This document shows positions 1-10,900 of a stretch of 64,000 bases of DNA, in pieces. The DNA is taken from assembly GCA_964016885.1 (NCBI GenBank), contig OZ024754.1, forward strand, positions 24,738,001 to 24,802,000, written 5' to 3'. Made by a program: the position numbers and the translations under genes. Within the stretch, counting starts at the first letter, position 1. The number at the start of each line of letters is the position of its first letter. A model generated the notes under the pieces. It did no database searches, had not been told where the DNA came from, and saw only the letters and a list, made by a program, of their open reading frames with translations. The DNA is from Eledone cirrhosa (Eukaryota).

Positions 1-19
1 CGGTTACTGGAAGCTAAAC

Positions 20-1660
20 TTGTCTTTACCGACAAACAAAGCTTACAGTAAGCGGATTAGCACACTAGTTAAGCAGCGTTTGACGGGGGCAATTGTCAAC
101 AACAGGTGGTGGGGCTCTCTCAAGAGAGCAATTAGAATAGAATCGATAGGTTTTAGTCGGGAATTAGCATCAGATAGGAATAGAACCGAAAGGGAATTAA
201 CAAACAGAGTAGAAGAGGCGATTAGGAGTGGAAACGTGGCCGGCGTGCTGGCGTCAAGAACGGTCCTAGACCAGTTCTTTGATGCGAAGCACGAGGGCTG
301 CGTTGTCGGGAGTAAAATACGTGCTCTGGGTAACCAGGGAGCCAAAGCTGTTAGCTGGGTCCGAGTGACAGAGGCAAAAAGTGGAAACAAGTCCACGATT
401 CGGTCTTTGAAGGACCAGGATGGACGCGTGATCCTTGAACCTGAGCGGATGAGCGCAGCCTTTCAACGGCGCTTTGTGCGACTGTTCGGGAGGGGCGGCG
501 GGCCGGGTGGGGCCATGGATTTCGGTCCATACCTCAACGGTCTGGCGCGGCTCTCGGACGGGGAGGCGAAGTCCTGCGAGAGGCCGATTTCAGCCGCTGA
601 AATAGGGGAAGCGCTGAGCCAATGCGGCAAACGCAAATCTCCGGGTCTCGATGGTCTACCATACGAACTTTATGTAGCGATGCCGGGCTTGTTCTCCGGT
701 CTCCTCGAGGCGGTCTACTGCAACTGGCAACAGAACGGGAGAATTCCCAGTTCTGTGACCAAGGGCGTAGTCACGCTGGTGAGGAAGGACGAGAACAAAG
801 GGGATGACATAGATAACTTCAGGCCCATAACTCTGCTAAACACAGAGTTAAAGATTTTGGGCCCTGTTTGTGAGGCGAGCCTTTCCGAGACTCGTCTCAC
901 TCACCGAGCTGCAATCCTGGGTCAAGCAAAGACCGAGAAAAGTGGGCACATTGAATGTGCCCAGGCGCTCACGGCCCTCTGGCAAGCGGATCCGGCAATC
1001 AGTGGAGACTCAACCTCAACATTCTATAGAGGTTTGGTGCGCAGTAAGTGCGACGACGCTCTCGGAGAGGCTCTGGGCATGGAGGAAGACGAGCTGGCCA
1101 GTCTATTCGGTAGGACGTTTGGCCCGGGACCGATGGACAACTTCCAAAAGTCCCTGGCTTGGCAATGTTACCGATGAGCTCTACCCGTTCGGGACAAGCT
1201 CTACAGACACGGGCGCCCGGGCAGGGACCCCTCGAAGAAGATCTGTCCAAGATGCGTGCGTGACGAGGAAACCGTCGCACACGCATTCGTACACTGCCCG
1301 GGCGTTGCTGACCTGTGGGGCTATGTAGAACGACTACTGTCGCGGGTGGGACCAATCCGGTTGACCACCGAGAACATTGTCACAATCAAACCGCCTCCCC
1401 CTTTCAAAAACGAAGGAGAGGCGGTTTTCCTCTGTGTGATAGCCATGGCGAAAGAAGTTGTATGGTGGACAAGGTTGAAAGGGCTGAGGTCAGACACCTT
1501 TCTCTCCGGCCAACAACTGGTCTTTTTTTTCAAGTACCACTTTAGAAGAAGGATCAGAATGGAGAGAGAGATGCTCTACCCCAGCAAGTTTTATGAAAGA
1601 TGGGTGAAAGTAGCGAGAATGGCCCGAGTGAATGGGCCTTCTCTCTATATCAGCCTGTAG
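20..1660 (+). pseudogene. Disrupted ORF2 (reverse transcriptase / zf-RVT) of the L1/Tx1 element
   Basis: ORFs 20..1177 and 1256..1660 are in the same frame, separated by one premature TGA (1175-1177, YR*ALPVRDKL). The RT core (QG and YADD motifs) is absent after ELKIL at ~860, implying a large internal deletion. Confidence 0.85.
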
Positions 1661-1887
1661 GTGAGAGAGGAGAAGAATGAGAAGAGGAAGGAAGCACCCG
1701 CTCTTTGTGCTCCTGAAGAGGAGGGTTGCACATTTTTTCGGGGGTGTGTGCGACCCATGTCAACGCCCCTCTCTATTGAGGACATCGATTGTTAAATTTA
1801 ATTTGTTATATGTTTTTTACACGTCTTTTTAAATGTATGTAAACTCCCCCCTTTGTATTTGTCCCAATCTTTGATGCCCTGGTGGCA

Positions 1888-1893
1888 AATAAA
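1888..1893 (+). promoter_or_regulatory. Putative polyadenylation signal at the 3' end of the L1/Tx1 element
   Basis: AATAAA about 230 bp after the ORF2 stop, followed by A-rich sequence and ATATAT. Confidence 0.55.
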
Positions 1894-2139
1894 TAGAAAT
1901 ATATATCAATTACCACCAATCTCACCCCTCTCCAGATCTGATATCCAACACACTCTCTCAACCTTCCTCTCTATGTCAATTACTGCCAAACTCTCCCCCT
2001 CTCTATATCTGTATCTATCTCTCCCATCTGTCTCTACATAACATGTACATAAATTGCAGCGCATATACAAATAGATGTGTGTTTTGGTAGTTTGGGGTGG
2101 AAGAATATTTATTCGGGGGCTACCCCAGTGTGTTTCTGC

Positions 2140-3180
2140 GTGTATGTATGTCGTATGTAAGTATCTGTATGTGTATGTATGTATATATATATATGTATGT
2201 GTGTATGTATGTATGTGTATGTGTGTGTATGTATGTATGTGTATGTGTGTGTGTATGTATGTTTTGTTTGTTTAAGTTTAGTTATGCATGTTTGTTTGTG
2301 TGTATCTATGCTTCTATGCCTATAAGTGTGTTTGTGTGTATGTAAATGTGTATATGTATGTTTGTGTATATGTATGCATGTGTGTATGTGGATGTATGTG
2401 TGTATGTGTGAACGAATGTGTTTTGTATGAGTATGTATGTGTATATGTGGCTATGTGAATGTATGCGTGTGTATGTGTGTACATATGCATGTATGTCTAT
2501 GTATGTATGTGTGTATGTGATTGTGTGTATATGTGTATGTGTCTGTATATTTGTATGTGTATGTATCTGAATGTTTTTATGTGTATGTGAAAGTATGCAT
2601 TTATGTATGTGAATGTATGTGTATGTGTATGTATGTGAATGTATGTGTCTGTGTATGTATGTGTATGTGTATATGTATGTGTATGTATGTATGTGTCTGT
2701 GTATGTATGTGTGTGTATGCATGTATATATATATATGTATATGTATGTATGTGTATGTATGTGTGTGTGTATGTATGTATGTATGTGTATATGTATATGT
2801 ATGTGTATGTATGTATATCTATGAATATATGTGTATGTATGTATGTATGTGTATATATATATATATGTATGTGTATGTATATCTATGTATATATGTGTAT
2901 GTATGTATATATATATGTATGTGTATGTATATCTATGTATATATGTGTATGTATGTATGTATGTATGTATGTATGTATGTATGTATGTATGTATGTATGT
3001 ATGTATGTATGTGTATATATATATATGTATGTGTATGTATATCTATGTATGTGTATGTATATATGTGTATGTATATATATCTATGTATATGTATGTGTAT
3101 GTATATATGTGTATGTATATATGTGTATGTATATATGTGTATGTATATATGTGTATGTATATATGTGTATGTATATATGC
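2140..3180. repeat. Compound degenerate microsatellite (TG)n/(TA)n/(TATG)n
   Basis: Directly visible, with a pure (TATG)n run at ~2947-3011. It generates the spurious CVYM and HTYI ORFs. Confidence 0.97.
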
Positions 3181-3270
3181 GTGAAAGAATTTAAGGGAAG
3201 AAGGCGAACTGTTTCCCTTTCACCTTGTAATTGTCTCAACACAGCCGTGAATGTGATTAGAGCTAAGCGG

Positions 3271-3303
3271 CGTCGGTTGACGATATGTTGATGAAAACCG
3301 ACG
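3271..3303 (+). other. Degenerate hammerhead-like remnant (stem I + TTGACGA...GAAA, stem III missing)
   Basis: CGTCGG-TTGACGA-TATGTTGAT-GAAA-A-CCGACG, followed by AATAAA at 3312-3317 and (TA)n. Confidence 0.3.
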
Positions 3304-3320
3304 GTAATGAAAATAAAATG

Positions 3321-4043
<723 letters not shown>

Positions 4044-4340
4044 GGGGAAAAAAGCAAGCAACATGGTTGTCCTGGTCAGCATCAGCTGGGTGGATTTCAT
4101 GAGCGAAAGGTACAGACGTCCGACGTGAGTGAGATGTAAGCAAGAAGAGACCCACTGTAAGCCAAACGGGAGGAAGTGAGAAGGGGAGAAACAGAGAGTG
4201 AGTGAGTGGAAGTGCGAGGAAGCGGTCAGTCGAGAGAAATTGTAACTGACAGAGGGGTCGAAAGAAGATGAGAGAAGCAGAGAGAACGGGGAAGCAGTAA
4301 GAAAGAAACAGACAAACGCAGTCGAGGTAAATATATATAT

Positions 4341-4566
4341 AAAACATGAGAAGAAAGAAGAATACTGCGTAGTTGCACATGGGTTACATATGATAAAAAT
4401 AGTCCTTCGTCAGTGATTTTCTAACCATCATTGGTATTTCATCGCATTAAAAATCATATACCTCAGGTTGGTGCGAGCAATAACTAAAAAAAGTGATTGG
4501 GACCAGTAAATCGCGTAAAGCGAGGGGGACAAATGAACAACATAGAAGGATAAAAGCAAACCAAAG

Positions 4567-4569
<3 letters not shown>
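4341..4569. repeat. 229-bp direct repeat, copy 2
   Basis: Same sequence as 3815-4043, with (TA)n on both sides. Confidence 0.93.
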
Positions 4570-4655
<86 letters not shown>

Positions 4656-4745
4656 TATACATATATACATATATATATACATATATAGTAATAATAAATG
4701 TGGAGACTAAAATCCGAAGAGAGCTTGATAAAGATTATATATATA

Positions 4746-4931
4746 TAATTGTTTCTACGTTAGGCACAAGGCCAGCAATTACCCAGTGCATTACTGGTAC
4801 TTTATTTTATCGACCCCGTAAGGATGAAAGGAAAAGTTAACCTTGGCGGGATTTGAACTCAGAATGGCAAGGGCCGTAACTCTATACGTCAAAGCATGGC
4901 GTCCGCCCCTCTACCAATACTGCCAATCCAC
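4746..4931 (-). mobile_element. tRNA-derived SINE, MetaSINE-like central domain
   Basis: On the minus strand: A-box-like TGGCAGTATTGG (4925-4914), B-box GTTCAAATCC (4858-4849), then CCTTTCATCCTTACGGGGTCGATAAAATAAAGTACCAG resembling the Meta domain, and a tail running into (TA)n. Confidence 0.8.
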
Positions 4932-5087
4932 ATATATATTTCACACTTAACGGGATCTTTTAAAAAAACACATTGCCCCGCCGTCAAGCCAGTTGCGTGA
5001 ATAGAGTGATCGACAGCTAAAAATACCAGCCGAGTCCTTTCCACATAAAAAAGTTCTACTAGCAGAATACTTAGGAAACGTAAATAC

Positions 5088-5489
5088 TACCAAAATTAGA
5101 TTAAAGATGCCATGTCTGGGAATATCAGAAGCATGCGCCATATTACCCGTGGAATAAGCACAAAGATCCAAAATTTGATATCTATGATTCAGCGATTAAT
5201 GGTGAAATATATTTCTTCAATGGAATATATACAAAGGAGATTAATCATTATTGCAAAGTTCTTGTTAATTTTTTATATGTTACCTCCGTAACAATGTGTG
5301 TTTACACTCTTTACAAATTACCCCTGTAATTGTTTGATGTGTTTATTACTTATATATATGTCATTCGACTTTTAATTTAATGTTAATAGATTCTCGGATG
5401 TATTACTTGGAATCTTTTAGCTTATTCCACAGGTGGTATATCGCATGCTTCTGATATTCTCAGACATGGCATCTTGAATTTAATTTTGG

Positions 5490-5491
<2 letters not shown>
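5088..5491. mobile_element. MITE / non-autonomous DNA transposon with ~85-bp terminal inverted repeats
   Basis: 5088-5171 TACCAAAATTAGATTAAAGATGCCATGTCTGGGAATATCAGAAGCATGCG... is the reverse complement of 5407-5491 (...CGCATGCTTCTGATATTCTCAGACATGGCATCTTGAATTTAATTTTGGTA). The interior is AT-rich and non-coding, and both ends are TA. Confidence 0.85.
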
Positions 5492-5526
<35 letters not shown>

Positions 5527-5831
5527 TTTTAACGAAACAGACAAATAGAATTCGTCCAAGATCGCCGACCACTCACTCCCTGATTCCTGATTTTATAGCA
5601 ATCGTATTTTGTGAAAACAAATTTGCATATCAGAGTGGACACAATACGTTACATTGTGGAACGAACTGTTGTGTGGGAGTACAAGAAAAGGTGCCTGACG
5701 TAGTTTTAGTCCTAATATATATATGTGTGTGTGTGTAAATAGATTAAGTAGAATCGAAGTCTCTCCAGACCTTTCAACTCTCCGCCTCCGACGGGGAGAT
5801 CTCCCACCCACTTTAGGGTATGTGAGTATTC

Positions 5832-5838
<7 letters not shown>

Positions 5839-5920
<82 letters not shown>
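5839..5920. repeat. (TA)n microsatellite abutting the PLE 3' end
   Basis: Pure TA run of ~80 bp. Confidence 0.97.
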
Positions 5921-5922
<2 letters not shown>

Positions 5923-5943
5923 TAGTAACACAATAGTTAGTTC

Positions 5944-5995
5944 ACCATACCGAGAACAATTGTTTCACCTTAGCGAATCTTCAACTCAGACTGGT
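5944..5995 (-). ncRNA. Minimal type-I hammerhead ribozyme motif in the PLE 3' UTR / pseudo-LTR
   Basis: Minus strand ACCAGTCTGAG-TTGAAGA-TTCGCTAAGGT-GAAA-CAATTG-TT-CTCGGTATGGT. Stem I is CTGAG/CTCGG extended by ACCA/TGGT, the core is (C>U)UGAAGA...GAAA, and stem III is the palindrome CAATTG. Confidence 0.7.
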
Positions 5996-6152
5996 CAAGG
6001 TTATACGGAACAGGAAGAACAACCGTATGAACGCGCATGCGCAGAAACGGTCACTTCTCCCAAGCAATACAAAGCCACGGGCGAAAGGTGTAAGGGAGAT
6101 AACTGCGAAAGTCCGGAAAAGATGTTGGAGTTGATTAGAAAATTGTTGTTAT

Positions 6153-6900
6153 TCAATCCGGAGCTTTGTAGTTATGCAAGAGGTGTTTCCAGACATGTGG
6201 ACAACGCGAGAAGATTAGTTTCTTGAATTTAGGCAATTGCCTTAGAGTATTTATCCTTTCTTCAATACACAGTCCACAAGACGGATTGCCCCTTGCGTAT
6301 GGCTTGGACTTAGTGATGGCTTTCCATTGAATGGAGTAGTATATACTTGAGTCCTTGAGGGACCATACGTGGCTTGCGAGCTTCGTGGATGATCGTTTGT
6401 CCGAGTAGCTAAATGTCGACTGATGGTTCAGGAAACATTCCTTAAATCGGTCCTCCGCCATACCCACATAGGATTTGACTTCCTGTGGTTGATTTGGTCG
6501 GTTGGAAGTGACCACAGCTTCATAAACTACAGCGGGTGTGTTGCATTTCTGTTGACAAGCATCAGGCTTTCGGCAAGAGCATCCTGGTGGGGTGCCGCTC
6601 TTAGGACTGTTGATGATGTGGGCCTTCATATTATTAGCGCAGAAGTACCCTAATTTTACTCTGTATCTGTTAAAGATGGAGCGGTATTTGTGACCCATGG
6701 GAAAGTGTCTATCTAAAAGGGCTAAAAAATGTTTTGCTACATTAGTTTTAACGTTGGGTGAGAAGGAAGGAGAGAACCAGATAGTTTGTCTATTGTTACG
6801 ATTTCTTTTCTTATTGCTGTTGTTAGTGGGGGAGTAGTAATTGGTTGCGAGAAGACGCTGTTAGCTAACGCCGTGTTATAGTAGGGGGCCGCTCTGTCAA
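6153..6900 (-). pseudogene. PLE RT-thumb/linker plus C-terminal GIY-YIG endonuclease, degenerate
   Basis: Motifs CSCR..C...C, VVY...YVG...FK...NH..TF, STKLASHVWSLK, CGLCIEE and CPH. Frameshift near 6838; the catalytic Arg expected after FKE appears as Cys. Confidence 0.85.
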
Positions 6901-6920
6901 AGCTATATATATATATATAT

Positions 6921-7270
6921 ATTCATTTTATTAAAGTTAAATAGTGAGTCCTGTTACTCTGGAGTTTCGCTTGTTTGTCACAGGGTCATCAGACAAAAAC
7001 TAAACGTTACAATGGCCGACACAGGATAAATAAAGGAATATTCGAGGTGCGGGAGTGGGGTTTAATTGAGAAGGGGTAATTAAGATAGGGTGGCCAGGGT
7101 GGTGGTAGTAGTGGGGGAGGATAGGGCAGGGTGAAAGAAGAAGGTGATAAAAGATGGTAGCGGGAATAGACAGGCCTTTAACGAGTCAGTGGGAGGCAGG
7201 TGATGAATGTGAATGTGGTGTATAAAGGGTTAGTGAAAACAGTAGTGGAATTGGCTACCCCAGCACCCTT
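6921..7270 (-). mobile_element. Second PLE-type 3' end / pseudo-LTR fragment
   Basis: Pyrimidine-rich minus strand, hammerhead motif at 6947-7001, AATAAA (minus, 6932-6927), then (TA)n at 6904-6922. The upstream boundary is approximate. Confidence 0.6.
6947..7001 (-). ncRNA. Type-I hammerhead ribozyme motif
   Basis: Minus strand AGTTTTTGT-CTGATGA-CCCTGTGACAAACAAGC-GAAA-CTCCAGAG-TA-ACAGGACT. Canonical CUGAUGA/GAAA core, stem III CTC/GAG, GUA cleavage triplet and stem I TTTGT/ACAGG; stem II is imperfect. Confidence 0.78.
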
Positions 7271-7299
7271 TTCATAAAACCCCACACCCCCACTCCATA

Positions 7300-7830
7300 T
7301 ACACCAACACTAACAACGCCCGCACCATCACCATCCCTACCACCACCACCATCACCACAACCACCATCACCATCAACACTACCACCATCAACACTTCCAC
7401 CAACACTACCACCACCACCACCACCACCATCACCACCATCAACACTACCACCACCACCACCACCATCACCACCACCAACACTACCACCACCACCACCATC
7501 ACCACCAACAATACCACCACCACCATCACCACCAGTACCACCACCACCACCACCACCACCACCACCACCACCACCACCAACACTACCACCACCCTCACCA
7601 CCAACACTACCACCAACACCAACACCACCACCTACACTACCACCACCATCACCACCAACACTGCCACCACCACTACCACTACCAACACTACCATCACTAC
7701 CACCGCTACTACACTACCAACACTACCACCATCAACACTACCACCAACACTATCACCAACATTACCACCAACATTACCACCATCAACATTATCACCAACA
7801 CCACCAACACCACCACCAACACTACCACAA
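7300..7830. repeat. Degenerate (ACC/CAC)n trinucleotide-derived minisatellite
   Basis: Recurrent AAC ACT (ACC)n ATC ACC ACC units, then ACA CTA CCA CCA units. Confidence 0.93.
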
Positions 7831-7949
7831 ATCATTTGAATTAACCACAGACGACACGAAAGCAAAAATGTAGGTTCAACAACAACAGCAACAACAATAA
7901 CAGCAACAACAATAACAACAACAACAATAACAGCAACAACAATAACGAT

Positions 7950-10900
7950 AGTACTAACAACGGCAATAACGATAGTACTAACAGCAACAACAATAACGAT
8001 AGTACTAACAACAACAACAATAACGATAGTACTAACAACAACAACAATAACGATAGTAGTAACAACAACAACAATAACGATAGTACTAACAACAACAATA
8101 ACGATAGTACTAACAACAACAACTATAACGATAGTACTAAGAGCAACAACAATAACGATAGTACTAACAGCAACAACAATAACGATAGTACTAACAGCAA
8201 CAATAACGATAGTACTAAGAGCAACAACAATAACGATAGTACTAACAACAACAATAACGATAGTACTAAGAGCAACAACAATAACGATAGTACTAACAAC
8301 AACAATAACGATAGTACTAACAACAACAATAACGATAGTACTAACAACAACAATAACGATAGTACTAACAACAACAATAACGATAGTACTAACAGCAACA
8401 ACAAGAACGATAGTACTAACAACAACAACAATAACGATAGTACTAACAACAACAACAATAACGATAGTACTAACAGCAACAACAATAACGATAGTACTAA
8501 CAGCAACAACAATAACGATAGTACTAACAGTAACAACAATAACGATAGTACTAACAGCAACAACAATAACGATAGTACTAACAGCAACAATAACGATAGT
8601 ACTAACAACAACAACAATAACGATAGTACTAACAGCAACAATAACGATAGTACTAACAACAACAACAATAACGATAGTACTAACAACAAGAACAATAACG
8701 ATAGTACTAACAACAACAACAATAACGATAGTACTAACAGCAACAACAATACCGATAGTACTAACAACAACAACAATAACGATAGTACTAACAGCAACAA
8801 TAACGATAGTACTAACAACAACAACAATAACGATAGTACTAACAGCAACAACAATAACGATACTACTAACAACAACAACAATAACGATAGTACTAACAGC
8901 AACAACAATACCGATAGTACTAACAACAACAACAATAACGATAGTACTCACAGCAACAACAATAACGATACTACTAACAACAACAACAATAACGATAGTA
9001 CTAACAGCAACAACAATAACGATAGTACTAACAGCAACAATAACGATAGTACTAACAACAACAACAATAACGATAGTACTAACAACAACAACAATAACGA
9101 TAGTACTAACAACAAGAACAATAACGATAGTACTAACAACAACAACAATAACGATAGTACTAACAGCAACAACAATACCGATAGTACTAACAACAACAAC
9201 AATAACGATAGTACTAACAGCAACAACAATAACGATAGTACTAACAACAACAACAATAACGATAGTACTAACAGCAACAACAATAACGATACTACTAACA
9301 ACAACAACAATAACGATAGTACTAACAACAACAACAATAACGATAGTACTAACAGCAACAATAACGATAGTACTAACAGCAACAACAATAACGATAGTAC
9401 TAACAACAACAACAATAACGATAGTACTAACAACAACAACAATAACGATAGTACTAACAACAACATTAACGATAGTACTAACAACAACAATAACGATAGT
9501 ACTAACAACAACAAGAATAACGATAATACTAACAGCAACAACAATAACGATAGTACTAACAGCAACAACAATAACGATAGTACTAACAGCAACAACAATA
9601 ATGATAGTACTAACAACAACAATAACGATAGTACTAACAACAAGAATAACGATAGTACTAACAACAACAATAACGATAGTAATAACAACAACAATAACGA
9701 TAGTACTAACAACAACAACAATAATGATAGTACTAACAACAACAATAACGATAGTACTAACAACAACAACAATAATGATAGTACTAACAACAACAACAAT
9801 AACGATAGTACTAACAACAAGAATAACGATAGTACTAACAACAACAACAATAACGATAGTACTAACAACAAGAATAACGATAGTACTAACAACAACAACA
9901 ATAACGATAGTACTAACAAAAAGAATAACGATAGTACTAACAACAACAACAATAACGATAGTACTAACAACAAGAATAACGATAGTACTAACAACAACAA
10001 CAATAACGATAGTACTAACAACAAGAATAACGATAGTACTAACAACAACAACAATAACGATAGTACTAACAACAAGAATAACGATAGTACTAACAACAAC
10101 AACAATAACGATAGTACTAACAAAAAGAATAACGATAGTACTAACAACAACAACAATAACGATAGTACTAACAACAAGAATAACGATAGTACTAACAACA
10201 ACAACAATAACGATAGTACTAACAACAAGAATAACGATAGTACTAACAACAACAACAATAACGATAGTACTAACAACAAGAATAACGATAGTACTAACAA
10301 CAACAACAATAACGATAGTACTAACAACAAGAATAACGATAGTACTAACAACAACAACAATAACGATAGTACTAACAGCAACAACAATAACGATAGTACT
10401 AACAACAACAACAATAACGATAGTACTAACAGCAACAACAATAACGATAGTACTAACAACAACAACAATAACGATAGTACTAACAGCAACAACAATAACG
10501 ATAGTACTAACAACAACAACAATAATGATAGTACTAACAACAACAACAATAACGATAGTACTAACAACAACAACAATAATGATCGTACTAACAACAACAA
10601 TAACGATAGTACTAACAACAACAACAATAATGATAGTACTAACAACAACAATAACGATAGTACTAACAACAACAACAATAATGATAGTAATAACAGCAAC
10701 AATAACGATACTACTAACAACAACAACAATAATGATAGTACTAACAACAACAACAATAACGATAGTACTAACAACAACAACACTAATGATAGTACTAACA
10801 ACAACAATAACGATAGTACTAACAACAACAATAACGATAGTACTAACAACAACAACAATAACGATAGTACTAACAACAACAACAATAACGATAGTACTAA

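Larger units (their letters stand above)
1..1900 (+). mobile_element. 3' part of an L1/Tx1-clade non-LTR retrotransposon (degenerate ORF2 plus 3' UTR); 5' part lies outside the window
   Basis: Translation shows the pre-RT motif KSPGLDGLPYELY, the RT start NFRPITLLNTELKIL and the C-terminal zinc-knuckle region ALPVRDKLYRHG...CPRC..EETVAHAFVHCP. Stop at 1658-1660, then a ~240-bp UTR ending AATAAA (1888-1893). Confidence 0.9.
5921..6903 (-). mobile_element. 5'-truncated Penelope-like retroelement (probably Naiad-type), flanked by (TA)n on both sides
   Basis: Minus strand encodes FDRAAPYYNTALANS / RQTIWFSPSFSPNVKTNVAKHFLALLDRHFP...IFNR, then a GIY-YIG domain, then a 3' UTR with a hammerhead motif. 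Confidence 0.88.

Noticed and set aside
43-1545. Short overlapping ORFs on both strands within the L1/Tx1 region
   Set aside because: They are shadow frames of the GC-rich ORF2. Only the start of 870..1328 likely reflects the true frame between two frameshifts.
1713-1760. CTGAAGA next to hairpins in the L1/Tx1 UTR as a hammerhead
   Set aside because: There is no correctly placed GAAA and UH to complete the core.
5569-5638. Imperfect hairpin as a SECIS element (some Naiad PLEs encode selenoproteins)
   Set aside because: There is no clear AUGA/GA quartet with an apical AA at proper spacing, and it lies outside the PLE beyond a (TA)n tract.
7841-7875. Splice acceptors CACAG (7850) or TGTAG (7873) opening the array as an exon
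   Set aside because: There is no polypyrimidine tract, so they are unsupported without transcript data.
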